Shown here: positions 16,078 to 26,145 of the stretch, in pieces
Layout: the number at the start of each line of letters is the position of its first letter
Numbering within the stretch: position 1 is the stretch's first letter
Source of the DNA: an archaeon
GTDB lineage: Archaea > Iainarchaeota > Iainarchaeia > Iainarchaeales > JAAZKV01
DNA length: 64,000 bases
Assembly (NCBI GenBank): GCA_041650735.1
Contig: JBAZKP010000003.1
Span: 25,823 to 89,822, forward strand
Reading direction: 5' to 3'
Notes under the pieces: generated by a model
What the model was told of the DNA's origin: nothing
Databases searched by the model: none
What the model saw: the letters and a program-made list of their open reading frames with translations, nothing else
Program-made: the position numbers and the translations under genes

Positions 16078-16383
16078 ATGAATAAAAAGAGTGAAAAACC
16101 CAATCCATTGGACAAGGCTCTGCATCTTGTTGGTAAAAAATATGATCTCCTAATTCTTGATTCAATTATGCTTCATAATAAACGTTTAGGATTTAATCAA
16201 ATCCTAAAAGATATTTCGGGGATTAATCCGCGTATCCTTTCAATCCGATTGAAGAATCTTGAAGCTAACAGGCTCATTACTAAGAGCCTTGTTCTGGGCA
16301 CCCCTGTAAAAACCGAGTATGCTTTAACCCCAAAAGCAGAGGAACTCATCGAAATAATTGAAAAGCTCAAAGCATGGGCATAA
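16078..16383 (+). CDS. HxlR-family winged-helix transcriptional regulator
   Basis: 'LHLVGKKYDLLILDSIM...LGFNQILKDISGINPRILSIRLKNLEANRLITK...EYALTPKAEEL' follows the HxlR pattern. The ATG at 16078 lies inside the TTG-started track ORF. Confidence 0.8.
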   Translation: MNKKSEKPNPLDKALHLVGKKYDLLILDSIMLHNKRLGFNQILKDISGINPRILSIRLKNLEANRLITKSLVLGTPVKTEYALTPKAEELIEIIEKLKAWA

Positions 16384-16465
16384 GAATAAACTATTTCCAA
16401 AAGAAAAAGATTTTTCTTAAATTTTTTAGTATGTTTTTTATACCCCCTTGTACTAAATTATAATT

Positions 16466-16711
16466 ATGGCAAGATTTTTTTCCAAAATGAGAACCTTTTT
16501 TTCATTTTCAAGGGCAAAACCCTCAAAAATCCGGAAAGGATCTAATCCCGAACTTAAAGCATTTATGATTTCAAAGGGCTTTCGTAATGGAGAGTTGCCT
16601 AACAACTTTTCCCCAGTAACTTATGAAAAATACAAAGCTGCTTATAACTCTTTTTTGGCAGAACAGGCACTTAAGCAAGTTAAAGAAAGAAATCAACTTC
16701 CCAAACAATAA
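16466..16711 (+). CDS. Hypothetical small basic protein
   Basis: 81-aa ORF with no recognisable motif. Confidence 0.4.
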   Translation: MARFFSKMRTFFSFSRAKPSKIRKGSNPELKAFMISKGFRNGELPNNFSPVTYEKYKAAYNSFLAEQALKQVKERNQLPKQ

Positions 16712-16805
16712 TTCTAAACGAACCTTTTCACAAACAGTTACATTTTGAACTATTACCCCTTTGAGCCAAGATTAAGTTTATTTACCTCTTTGCTGTTATT
16801 AAGTC

Positions 16806-17468
16806 ATGCGCTTTTCAAGGAACTATCCAAAGAACAGAACCTATTTTTCCAAAAGAAAAATATTGTCTGTAAATCAGGCGATTTTTTTTATTTTTGAGGA
16901 AGCAATCCTTCTCCTGCTCATGGTAATACAATTATACAAGATTTTGGGTGTAGAGTTTGTGGATAAAACAATCCTATTTTTTCAATTCCCTTTTGGAGTT
17001 CAAAACATTTTATGGCTTTTCAGTACAATAGCCTTTTTCCTAATTGGTTATGTTGTTATTGCTGTTAGGGATGAAACTGTTTCAAATATTCACCGAAATT
17101 TTTCTAAAGTATTTTTTGGGGCAGCAAAACAAAAGGTTTCCAATTTAAATAAAGAAGTAATAATTTTTGTTTTTGGGGAAATTGTTTTTGCAACAGTTAT
17201 CGCAATAAGCATTTTCCTTTACCTGGACCCTGAAATCAACATTGTCCCTTTTCCAATGAATATCATTAGCTTTGCTTTTTTCCTGGGAATTAGTTTGTTA
17301 TTGTTTTCTCACACAAAACAGTTCCGTGGGCTTGTTTACGGACCGACTCCTTTGCAGAAAAAGATTCATGAAGGAAAGCATGAGGTAAAGCGTTTCACTA
17401 ACCCAAAAACAGGTTCAATTAGAATAGTTCCGAAGAAAAATTATTCAAAAAACAGATTCTTTAAATAA
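16806..17468 (+). CDS. Hypothetical polytopic membrane protein
   Basis: 220-aa ORF with about five hydrophobic helices and a basic C-terminus. Confidence 0.55.
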   Translation: MRFSRNYPKNRTYFSKRKILSVNQAIFFIFEEAILLLLMVIQLYKILGVEFVDKTILFFQFPFGVQNILWLFSTIAFFLIGYVVIAVRDETVSNIHRNFSKVFFGAAKQKVSNLNKEVIIFVFGEIVFATVIAISIFLYLDPEINIVPFPMNIISFAFFLGISLLLFSHTKQFRGLVYGPTPLQKKIHEGKHEVKRFTNPKTGSIRIVPKKNYSKNRFFK

Positions 17469-17491
17469 TAGTGATTTACAAAGGTTTTTCA

Positions 17492-18850
17492 ATGGCTAAT
17501 CAATTAGAAAGAAGTATTTCTTTTTCACAAGCCATTATTTATGGGCTTGGAGTAATTATTGGGGCAGGAATTTACACTCTTATAGGAGTTGGAGCTGGAA
17601 TTGCCGGACCAGCATTATGGATTTCTTTTATTATTGCAGCAGTAATTGCTTATTTTACTGCTCTTTCATATGCCGAGCTTTCATCAAGATTTCCGAAAGA
17701 CGGGGCAGAAAGTGTTTATGTTTTCAAAGCCTTTAATAATAAAGCACTTGCTTTTTTTATTGGTTTTCTTCTAATAATAGTTTGGACTGTTTCTTCAGCA
17801 ACCGTTGCGTGGGGTTTTGCTGCTTATTTCAAAATTTTTTTCCCAATTGCTCCTCTTATCACAGTAATTGCTTTAATTATTATTCTTAGCGCAATTAATT
17901 CTCTTGGAATACAATTAAGCGTTAAAATTAATGCTGTTTTAACTCTCATCACAATTCTTGGTTTATTATTAGTAATTCTTTTTGGTTTAAGGTTTATTGG
18001 CTCAGTTAATCTTTTTGAAGGGATTAATGGAGAAAACTTGTTTGAAAACTCTTTTTCCTTAATCCCAAGTTTGTTTTCTGCAGCTGCTTTGATTTTTTTT
18101 GCTTACCTTGGTTTTGAGGGATTAGCAAACATTTCAGAGGAAACCAAGAATGCGCGAAAAAATATTCCAAAAGCAATTCTTTTTTCCTTAAGTGCAGCAA
18201 CAATTATTTATGTAGCAGTTGCTATTGTTTCTGTTAGTGTTATTGCTCCTGCTCAACTCGCTTTAGCAGCTAACGCAAACATTTCTATCACTCAAGGCCC
18301 TTTAGCGCTTGTTGCAGAAAATGCCATTGCCCCGGGAGCAGGTTTTGTTTTGAGTCTTATTGCTCTTTGTGCTACCGCTAGTACCTTAATTGTTTTACTC
18401 AATGTTTCAAGCAGAATATTATACGGACTTGCTGAACAAAAATTGTTTCCAAAAATTTTTTCCGAAATTAATCCTAAAACAAAAACTCCTCTCTTTGCAG
18501 TCATTCTCTCTGGATTACTTGGGATTGGTTTTACTTTTGTAGGAAACATTGAGTTGCTTGGAAAATTTGCTACCATGGGGACTTTTTTATTGTTTTTTGC
18601 AATTAATTCTTCATTAATAGCAGTCAAGCATAAAGAAATTTCTTTGAAAAATCTGGAGCACCCTTTTGATTTGGAACGCCTTTCTTTACCAGCCTTATTT
18701 GGAGCAATTTTTTGTTTATTTATGTTTCTCACTGAGTACTGGGAACCAATTTATTTCCTTGGCTTCTCAATCCCCCTAATAGGAATAGGGTTAATTTTGT
18801 TTCTTTTTTCAATTCCTTTTTACTATTTATTTACCAAAAAGTATTTTTAA
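17492..18850 (+). CDS. APC-superfamily amino acid permease
   Basis: About 12 TM. 'SFSQAIIYGLGVIIGAGIYTLIG' is the typical APC helix-1 G-rich motif. The ATG at 17492 lies inside the GTG-started track ORF. Confidence 0.85.
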   Translation: MANQLERSISFSQAIIYGLGVIIGAGIYTLIGVGAGIAGPALWISFIIAAVIAYFTALSYAELSSRFPKDGAESVYVFKAFNNKALAFFIGFLLIIVWTVSSATVAWGFAAYFKIFFPIAPLITVIALIIILSAINSLGIQLSVKINAVLTLITILGLLLVILFGLRFIGSVNLFEGINGENLFENSFSLIPSLFSAAALIFFAYLGFEGLANISEETKNARKNIPKAILFSLSAATIIYVAVAIVSVSVIAPAQLALAANANISITQGPLALVAENAIAPGAGFVLSLIALCATASTLIVLLNVSSRILYGLAEQKLFPKIFSEINPKTKTPLFAVILSGLLGIGFTFVGNIELLGKFATMGTFLLFFAINSSLIAVKHKEISLKNLEHPFDLERLSLPALFGAIFCLFMFLTEYWEPIYFLGFSIPLIGIGLILFLFSIPFYYLFTKKYF

Positions 18851-18962
18851 CCTAAAATTAAGAACAAGAAATGTCTCTCTAATTAATGCTTCTGATTTTC
18901 CATAAACAGTGGACTAATACTTGGTTATAACACTTATTCAGCTAATTTGTTGAACCAAAAAA

Positions 18963-19523
18963 TCACGCTTTTTTTGGATATAATACACAGCAAGGAGAAT
19001 TAATATCATCAGGGCATAACTCAGTCGGACTAATATTTGCTTGTTTTCCAATTGAATCAAGAAGCGCTTTTAGTGTTTTCGCATTCTTATCACAAATAAT
19101 ACTGACTTTAATATTCAAATCTGAATTCAAATTTGATTTTAAATAAGAATACTCTTTATTTTCACTAACCCCTGCCTCTATTTCTTCTTCAGCAAACCCT
19201 GCGCATGTGCAAATAGAGAAAACTAATTGATTTGGATTTAATCCTGCAATGCTAAGATCACTGCTCTTAATTATTTCTCCTTTTTTTAATTCAAAAGGTT
19301 GGCTTAGCGTTGCTCCTCCTATTTTTATTTGAGTAACAAAGTACGAAATCAACTCAACATTAGAAGCATTTTCATCCAATTGAGGTTGCTCCAAAGGTTG
19401 GATACCATTACTATCCATTTCTCCATTACCCGGCGTATTGTTATCAATATTTGTTCCCTGCCAAACGCATCCAAAGAGGCAAAAGAATCCAGCTAAAACC
19501 AATATTAAACCAATTACTCTCAT
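18963..19523 (-). CDS. Hypothetical secreted lipoprotein-like protein
   Basis: Signal peptide 'MRVIGLILVLAGFFCLFGC' with a lipobox-like Cys. It lies directly downstream of, and co-directional with, the 1005-aa pilin-like gene. Confidence 0.6.
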   Translation of the reverse strand: MRVIGLILVLAGFFCLFGCVWQGTNIDNNTPGNGEMDSNGIQPLEQPQLDENASNVELISYFVTQIKIGGATLSQPFELKKGEIIKSSDLSIAGLNPNQLVFSICTCAGFAEEEIEAGVSENKEYSYLKSNLNSDLNIKVSIICDKNAKTLKALLDSIGKQANISPTELCPDDINSPCCVLYPKKA

Positions 19524-19591
19524 CAAAAAACCTTCTTTTATCAAATAAACATTAAATCCTTTTTTTTATTTAAATCCACCATAAAACAATT

Positions 19592-22500
19592 TTATTGCGC
19601 ATACCCTATATTAACATCTTTTAGTGTTGGCGAAGCATTTGTTTTTATATCAGCCTCTTGATGAGCAGCAACTCCTTCAGTCCAGGTGCATCCAGGTAAA
19701 GCCGCACATGCTGTTGAACTTGTTTGTGAAGAACATAATAATGTCCCTGTACAAGACCATTCCTCATAGTAAGTGCATATACCCACACTTTGGCACGCAT
19801 TAGGATCATAATAATAAGGAAAACACCAACTCATAGGGTCTTCATAACAAGTCACTCCATCCCACCAACAACCAACATTAGACATACATGTACTTTCATC
19901 AAGAATTGCTTCACAACCATAACCACAACCACCCCAACAATTAGGCGTACACTCCTGCATCGAAAGTTGTAAAGCACAATTACCGCCCCAATAATCATAA
20001 GAAGCACAACAACCAGGATCCCACGGAGCGCACATCCATTCACAATAAGGCCACTCTGAATTTCCACTACATCCAGCAACTACCTCAGGCACATCAATGT
20101 AACCTAAAGTATATAATTCAGGTTTCACTAAAAACTGGAAATACCTATTACTTGCTAAACCAGACAAATCAATATCCACACCAGCAGAATAATTTATATC
20201 ACTCCACGAACCATCAGAACAATCCGCATTAGCACAAGACCTATACCCTATCCCTAATTTCGAAGCGCCTTTATTTAATAATTCCTTTACCTCATTTGCA
20301 TCAAGGACACGATTCCAAACAGCAACCTCATCAATCACACCATTAAAATATTGAACATTACTACCTTCAGAACGCCCAATCGTAATTACAGCATCATTAA
20401 GTTGCGGTATTGCACAAACAAGAGAAGCATCAACAACTCCATCCAAATATAAAACAGAAGTACTCCCATCATAAGTCTCAACATAATGATACCATTTGTT
20501 AGTAACCAAATCAGTAGCCCCCCTTGTATTACAATAACCCCACGCAAACAACCTAGTGTCCCCCTCAGCGGTTTGTATAGAAAAATTATCATAATTCCCC
20601 AAATTATTAGGCCCACCTAACATAACAATCGGTGCCTGATCCCCTGGAAGAGCCGTCATTTTAAACCACGCAGAAACCGAAAACACAGGCGGATTACCAC
20701 GCAACCCCAACTGAGACAAAGTTTTAGATGAAGTCAAATAATCAGTACTACCATCAAAATTCTGCGCGTTCAAATCCCACAAACCAGCAGCAGAATCAGG
20801 ACAACTAGAACAAGAAACATTATTCTCATAATTACTAGAATCAGTAAAACTTGTTCCGCTTGTTTCATTCAAATGCCACAAACCAACCAAACCATCATTC
20901 AAATCTTTTTCAATTGCCGGCTCTAACTGTGAACCATACAAATGCCCATTAACATCAACACCATCATTAGAATTAAATTTAATTAAATTATATGAAGCCG
21001 TTTCTGAAGTAGTATCAATCACAGGAGAAATATAATTAGCATCACTTGCGCAACCGCTTAATGATGCACGGGAATTGTAAAGTGCAAGCATTTCATCCGC
21101 AGTAAGCGCTCTGTTCCAAAAAGTAACTTCATCAACTGCTCCATAAAAGCCACCCCACCCTGTTTTTCCAATAAAAGGACCTGAGGTTGAAGTGTTTGTT
21201 GGAGTAGTTGTAACAGTTGTCTGCCAAACTAGTTGCCCATTATAATATCCTTTTGCTACTTGATCTGTCACACTTAAAGTGAATGCTATAAAAACCCAGT
21301 CTCCGAGCTGAAGTGGAGGGTTATCTGGAGTATAACTTCCTCCTGTAACATTAGGATTTATCCCTATTGCATTATTGTGTATAGCATTGAACCATGAAGC
21401 ATTACAACACTCATACTTTCCAAGAAAAGTACCATTCGTCCAGCTAGGATAAGAATCTTCTCTTGCCCACGAGCTCACAGTAACCTCAGAAAGAGTATCA
21501 AGCGCATGCCCAGGCAAATCAGAAGGCAATGTAATATAGGTTCCTCCGTTGAAGTAAAATGCATTACCCACTACCCCTGTTGTTGTAGTAGCCCCACTAT
21601 TTACCCCATCATAATCATTCCCACTCATATCACTTGCATCTGAATCAAGAGGATAATAAGCAATTAAATCAACCATTATGTTTGATAATGCGCCAGAAGC
21701 ACCACAAGTTATTCCTGAATTATTTCCTTTTAAAGAAGTAAAATTGAATGTTCCGCCTGAAAAGTTTTCATCTAAATTAAAGTAAAGATATGAACCTGTT
21801 GTCAATGTATAAAATATTGCCCTATTTCCATCAACAGCACCAACTGTTGTACCGATATTTCCAGAAACATCCACACATGAAACATCCCAGAAATGATTCA
21901 CATCAGGAGTAACCACTAAAAGATTTTGGTCAATAACCACAACCCCTTTTACTGGACTAGAAATAGTGTTAACATCAACCCCATCAATAATGAGTGTACA
22001 ATCACTCAAATTACTATAATCATTTACATCAAAAGTAAAAGAAACGTTGTCTAAAGAAGTAGAAAACCCTGATGCTGGACTGGATAAAGATATAACTGGA
22101 GCAAAATAATCTTGGTCAATCACATAAAAACCAATAGGAGTTATACTAGAGGTACAACTCAACTCTAATTGCCCAAACTGGATTGATTTATCTAAACCAT
22201 TTTCTGAGTTATAAAATACGCTTACCTCATAAATTTTCTTCAATCCATCACAATTAGGAAGTCCTTTTACAAAAAAACTTTTTTTCTCCCCCGGAAACAA
22301 TGTTTCTGAATAATTGTAATCAAAATCATTTACCCTAATACTAGTTACAGTAATTTTTTCACCTAAATTATTTGAAAAAGAAAACAAACCATTCCCATCA
22401 GCACTCACAACAGCCTCAGAAATACTAATTAAATCAGAACTCTGCAAAATTTTTGAAGAAGTAGAAGCAATATTAGTAGAAGAATCCGTTGTCATTGTAA

Positions 22501-22609
22501 CAAAACCAACAACAACTAAAGATAAAACAATAACAACCGCTATACTGACTAAGTATTCAATCGAACCCTGTGCTTTAGATGAAAAAGAAGAGTGTAGCAA
22601 ATTAAACAT
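19592..22609 (-). CDS. Class III signal peptide pilin-like protein with two LamG/concanavalin-like domains and a Cys/Trp-rich C-terminus
   Basis: 'SSKAQGSIEYLVSIAVVIVLSLVVV' is followed by the shared pilin-like domain. Two LamG-type endings are present: 'VDEVTFWNRALTADEMLALYNS' and 'IDEVAVWNRVLDANEVKELLNKG'. The last ~130 aa carry more than 25 Cys and many Trp. Confidence 0.85.
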   Translation of the reverse strand: MFNLLHSSFSSKAQGSIEYLVSIAVVIVLSLVVVGFVTMTTDSSTNIASTSSKILQSSDLISISEAVVSADGNGLFSFSNNLGEKITVTSIRVNDFDYNYSETLFPGEKKSFFVKGLPNCDGLKKIYEVSVFYNSENGLDKSIQFGQLELSCTSSITPIGFYVIDQDYFAPVISLSSPASGFSTSLDNVSFTFDVNDYSNLSDCTLIIDGVDVNTISSPVKGVVVIDQNLLVVTPDVNHFWDVSCVDVSGNIGTTVGAVDGNRAIFYTLTTGSYLYFNLDENFSGGTFNFTSLKGNNSGITCGASGALSNIMVDLIAYYPLDSDASDMSGNDYDGVNSGATTTTGVVGNAFYFNGGTYITLPSDLPGHALDTLSEVTVSSWAREDSYPSWTNGTFLGKYECCNASWFNAIHNNAIGINPNVTGGSYTPDNPPLQLGDWVFIAFTLSVTDQVAKGYYNGQLVWQTTVTTTPTNTSTSGPFIGKTGWGGFYGAVDEVTFWNRALTADEMLALYNSRASLSGCASDANYISPVIDTTSETASYNLIKFNSNDGVDVNGHLYGSQLEPAIEKDLNDGLVGLWHLNETSGTSFTDSSNYENNVSCSSCPDSAAGLWDLNAQNFDGSTDYLTSSKTLSQLGLRGNPPVFSVSAWFKMTALPGDQAPIVMLGGPNNLGNYDNFSIQTAEGDTRLFAWGYCNTRGATDLVTNKWYHYVETYDGSTSVLYLDGVVDASLVCAIPQLNDAVITIGRSEGSNVQYFNGVIDEVAVWNRVLDANEVKELLNKGASKLGIGYRSCANADCSDGSWSDINYSAGVDIDLSGLASNRYFQFLVKPELYTLGYIDVPEVVAGCSGNSEWPYCEWMCAPWDPGCCASYDYWGGNCALQLSMQECTPNCWGGCGYGCEAILDESTCMSNVGCWWDGVTCYEDPMSWCFPYYYDPNACQSVGICTYYEEWSCTGTLLCSSQTSSTACAALPGCTWTEGVAAHQEADIKTNASPTLKDVNIGYAQ

Positions 22610-22676
22610 AATACCTGTAAATATATGTTGATTAGAGGTATAAAAAGCTAATTTATGAGTTATATATACTCAATTA

Positions 22677-22750
22677 AGCCTGTGTCGGGGTTCGCACCCG
22701 AGACCTCGTCATTACCAATGACGTGCAATAACTGGCTATGCTACACAGGC
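22677..22750 (-). tRNA. tRNA-Thr (anticodon GGU)
   Basis: Manual cloverleaf: acceptor gcctgtg/cacaggc, anticodon stem cgtca/tgacg, loop ttGGTaa, T stem tcggg/cccga. The T loop is the unusual tgcgaac. No CCA is encoded. Confidence 0.75.
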
Positions 22751-22801
22751 ATTAAGGGAAATAAAACTAGGCAAGTATTTTATTGCTAATCTTTTAAAAA
22801 A

Positions 22802-23476
22802 TCAGGAGAAATCTAATACATCGCCGTGTTTTATCTTGGCTGCATTTCCTCTTACAAATATTGTTCCTTGTTCCCCTGAATTAAGCTCTGGTACTGTCAT
22901 TGATCCTTTTTTTATGTCGCTTATTCTTACAGTACCTTTTTCTAAGCTAGAAGACATGTTTTTTATTATTTTTCCTGAAAGTATCGTTCCGGATATCATT
23001 GTTTCTGAACCTAAGTATACTCCTTTAACTTCCATTGCTGCCAAGTTTTTCTTAGGAACCTCTTTTTTTGTTTCGTATCCTAATTTTTGTCTTGCTGTTG
23101 AAGAGAATCTTGGGACATAACCATCCTCTATTTTTTCTAGTGCTTTATCTATTTCATCTTTTTTTTCTTCACTTTCTTCTTTTCCTAAAGCAACGCTTTC
23201 AACCCCTAGTTCTGGAGCAAAATCGTAGGGTTCTTCTGGTTCTTGTTCAAGTATTTCTTTTACTTCTCTCCCAATTTCTTTTTCATGTTGTGCTCTTAAT
23301 TTATCAAATGGGTTTATCTCTTTTTTTGACATTTTTTTTCTTTCCGCAGGGCTTTTCGCGTGATTAGGTACACATACCCCCAAATCTTTTTTCTTAAGAG
23401 TTTCAGAAACAGCTTTTTCTTTCTCTTTTGCCCACTTGTTTTCCTTTTTTGCTTTTAAAAAATCAAATAAACCCAT
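22802..23476 (-). CDS. Hypothetical protein with a C-terminal EF-Tu domain-2-like beta-barrel
   Basis: 224 aa. A K/E-rich linker follows 'MGLFDFLKAKK'. The C-terminus 'ISGTILSGKIIKNM...GTVRISDIKKGSMTVPELNSGEQGTIFVRGNAAKIKHGDVL' resembles the translation-factor domain II pattern. Confidence 0.55.
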   Translation of the reverse strand: MGLFDFLKAKKENKWAKEKEKAVSETLKKKDLGVCVPNHAKSPAERKKMSKKEINPFDKLRAQHEKEIGREVKEILEQEPEEPYDFAPELGVESVALGKEESEEKKDEIDKALEKIEDGYVPRFSSTARQKLGYETKKEVPKKNLAAMEVKGVYLGSETMISGTILSGKIIKNMSSSLEKGTVRISDIKKGSMTVPELNSGEQGTIFVRGNAAKIKHGDVLDFS

Positions 23477-23548
23477 TTTCTTACCCTCTTAGTGCCTATA
23501 AATCTGGAAATAAGATGAGAAGAAAGGAATAAAAAGAGAAATTTTGGA

Positions 23549-24181
23549 TCAAAAATCGGCGACTTTTCGCTTATCTTTTCTCTTTTCTTCATCTCTTTTT
23601 CCATTTTCTTTCTCTATTTCTTCAATGCTTATTCCTTCTTTCACCATTATTACCAGCAAAAAGTAAATCAAATCAGAGCATTCCCATATTAGTTCTTCCC
23701 TGTTTTTTGCAGTAATTACTTCTGCTGCTTCTTCAATTAATTTTCTTTTTAAAAGCATTTCGTTTTCAAAAAGTTTTTTTGTGTATGATTCAGGAGGAGA
23801 ATTATTTTTTCTATTGGCAATTTTGTTATAAAGTGCTTGCAAATCAAATTTTTTTTCCTCTCCAAAACAACTGTATTTCCCTGTATGACAGGCAGCATTC
23901 CCTATTTGTTTTACTTTGAAAAATAGTGCATCGGAATCACAATCACCCCTTATTTCAATTATTTCCTGTATATTTCCTGATGTAGCTCCTTTCATGCAAA
24001 TTTTTTTCCTTTGCCTACTATATTTCCAAACCTTTCCTGTTTGAATTGTTTTTTCTAAACTCTCTTTGCTTGAATAAACAAGCGAAAGCACTGTTCCGTT
24101 TTGTTCTTGAATAATTGTTGGAACTAAATTATTCATTTTTTTAAAATTAATTTCTTTAATGTTTATTTGTGCTGTACTCAT
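23549..24181 (-). CDS. hisIE: Bifunctional phosphoribosyl-AMP cyclohydrolase / phosphoribosyl-ATP pyrophosphatase
   Basis: The HisI part is 'LVPTIIQE..G.VL.LVYSSKESL..T...GKVWKYSR...KGATSGN.Q.I.EI..DCD.DAL...V.Q.G.ACHTG..SCF'. The HisE part is 'LIEEAAEV...ELIWECSDLIYFLLV'. The start overlaps the hisG stop by 4 nt. Confidence 0.9.
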   Translation of the reverse strand: MSTAQINIKEINFKKMNNLVPTIIQEQNGTVLSLVYSSKESLEKTIQTGKVWKYSRQRKKICMKGATSGNIQEIIEIRGDCDSDALFFKVKQIGNAACHTGKYSCFGEEKKFDLQALYNKIANRKNNSPPESYTKKLFENEMLLKRKLIEEAAEVITAKNREELIWECSDLIYFLLVIMVKEGISIEEIEKENGKRDEEKRKDKRKVADF

Positions 24182-24813
24182 TTTTTCACCCCTATAAGTA
24201 TTGCATCTGATTCCATTATTCTTTCATAAACCCTTAGTCCTGCTTCGCGCGCTGATGACCCTGAACACACAATATCAACTACCAAATCTGCTATTCCTGC
24301 ACTTGCAGCCATTTCTGTTGCCCCCGAAAGAAATACTTTTTCAAATAAGAATCCTTTTTGAGCAAGTTTTCCCAAATAATTTTTTGCAATTGATTTGTAT
24401 TTTGAATTTATTGCGATTTTTGGCCTAACCCCAAAACTGTCCAGGTTTTTGAGTCCTTTTCCAATAGGGCCAAGCAGACAAAGAGTTGGTTTTCCAAACA
24501 AGGATTCTTTTTCTTTCCACCCAAGGTTTTTTATTTCAGAAATTGAGCTTAAAGAATTTTTTAATTTGTATTCTCTGAAAAGATCCTGCCCGGTAAGACC
24601 TATGCAGTTAATTCCTTTTGCCCCCATTTTGTCCACAAACAAGGGGACATCTTCTCCCCGAACAATTACTTTGTCATTAGGGAGTGTTTCAAGCACCCTG
24701 CGGTATTCTTCAAGCCCGGAGTTCTTAGGAAGAATTATTATTTTGTCTTCAAGAAGCGCCAGTGTTTCTGCATTAATAAAATTGGTTTCTATGTTGATGG
24801 GCTTGCTGTTCAC
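24178..24813 (-). CDS. hisG: ATP phosphoribosyltransferase, short form
   Basis: 211 aa. 'IIILPKNSGL', 'VRGEDVPLFVDKMGAKGINCIGLTGQDLFRE' and 'GIADLVVDIVCSGSSAREAGL' are present. The C-terminal regulatory domain is absent. Confidence 0.85.
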   Translation of the reverse strand: MNSKPINIETNFINAETLALLEDKIIILPKNSGLEEYRRVLETLPNDKVIVRGEDVPLFVDKMGAKGINCIGLTGQDLFREYKLKNSLSSISEIKNLGWKEKESLFGKPTLCLLGPIGKGLKNLDSFGVRPKIAINSKYKSIAKNYLGKLAQKGFLFEKVFLSGATEMAASAGIADLVVDIVCSGSSAREAGLRVYERIMESDAILIGVKK

Positions 24814-24878
24814 TTCTTTGCATTACTGTTTCGATTTCCATTGTTTTTCCATTCATTTCCATCAACCTCCAATAAAAA

Positions 24879-26120
24879 TTATTTTTTCTGCACAAGAGCC
24901 AATAATTTGTCCAGGTTTTTGAGTGATACTTCTTCTTGTTTTCCTGTTGCAAGATTTTTCACAGAAATTTTATTTTCCTTTAACTCATTTTCCCCAACTA
25001 TCCCAACAAAAGCATATCCTTTTTTCTCAGCATACTCTATTCCTCTGGAAACATTTTTTTCCATTAAATCAGTTTCAGCAAAAACCCCTTTTTCTCTTAA
25101 AACTCCTGCAACTCTGATTAGTTCTTTCTGTTTTATCCCTATCCCAATAAGGAATAATCCATCCAATGAAACCCGAAATCCGGTTTCTTTCAAATAATCA
25201 AATATCCTGCTTACTCCTAACCCTACTCCAATTGCAGGTGTCTCTTGTCCACCATATAATCCAATTAATTTGTCAAATCTTCCCCCTCCGCCAACACTTG
25301 GCCCATTATCCAATTTTATTTCAAAAACAATTCCCGTGTAATATTCAAATCCCCTTGCCAGTCTTGCATCAAATTCAACAAAATCAAGAGAATTTTCTTT
25401 GCATAATTGCAAAAATTCTTTTACTTCTTTTATCCCGGCTGTTTCTGAGCCAATTATTTTTTCTGTTTGCACTAATGAATTTGTTTTTATTAATTCAACT
25501 ACTTTTGGATTAATTCCTTTTTCTTCAAGCATTTCCTTTATCCCTTTTTCTTCCAATTTATCCATTTTGTCAAGTATTCTCATTGCCTCTATTTCTTTTC
25601 CTTTTGCATATTTTCCTAAGATTTCTTCCAATAATTTTCTTGAATTAAATATTATTTTTGGTTTTAATCCTAATCCTGCAAAACAATCCCTGATTACAAG
25701 CATTATTTCCGTTTCCGCGCTTAATCCTCTTACTCCTAGAATATCTATATCCGCCTGGTAGAATGCTCTGTATCTTTTTGCTTGTGGCCTGTCATATCTA
25801 TAAACTTCTCCTATTTGGTAGCGCTTGAAAGGCATCTTGAGTTGTTGGGTTGCAGCAACCCTTGCTAGTGATGCTGTGAACTCAAATCTTAATGCGAGTT
25901 CCCTTTCCCCTTTATCTTTAAAGTAATAAATTTCTTCTTTTATTGCTTCTCCTGCCGCTCCTTTTATTTTGAATAAATCAAAGCTTTCAACAGCAGGCGT
26001 ATACAAAGGCAAGTAACCATAAGAGGCAAAAACTTTCTTGAATACCTCTTCAATTGTTTCTTGGATTAAAGCATTCTGCCCGACAAGGTCCCGCATTCCT
26101 CTAACAGTTTGTAATTCCAT
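24879..26120 (-). CDS. hisS: Histidyl-tRNA synthetase (class II)
   Basis: 'VRGMRD', motif 2 'YRYDRPQAKRYRAFYQADIDILG' and motif 3 'GGGGRFDKL', plus a C-terminal anticodon-binding domain. Confidence 0.9.
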   Translation of the reverse strand: MELQTVRGMRDLVGQNALIQETIEEVFKKVFASYGYLPLYTPAVESFDLFKIKGAAGEAIKEEIYYFKDKGERELALRFEFTASLARVAATQQLKMPFKRYQIGEVYRYDRPQAKRYRAFYQADIDILGVRGLSAETEIMLVIRDCFAGLGLKPKIIFNSRKLLEEILGKYAKGKEIEAMRILDKMDKLEEKGIKEMLEEKGINPKVVELIKTNSLVQTEKIIGSETAGIKEVKEFLQLCKENSLDFVEFDARLARGFEYYTGIVFEIKLDNGPSVGGGGRFDKLIGLYGGQETPAIGVGLGVSRIFDYLKETGFRVSLDGLFLIGIGIKQKELIRVAGVLREKGVFAETDLMEKNVSRGIEYAEKKGYAFVGIVGENELKENKISVKNLATGKQEEVSLKNLDKLLALVQKK

Positions 26121-26145
26121 TAAAATGCACTTTCCATAATTAAAA

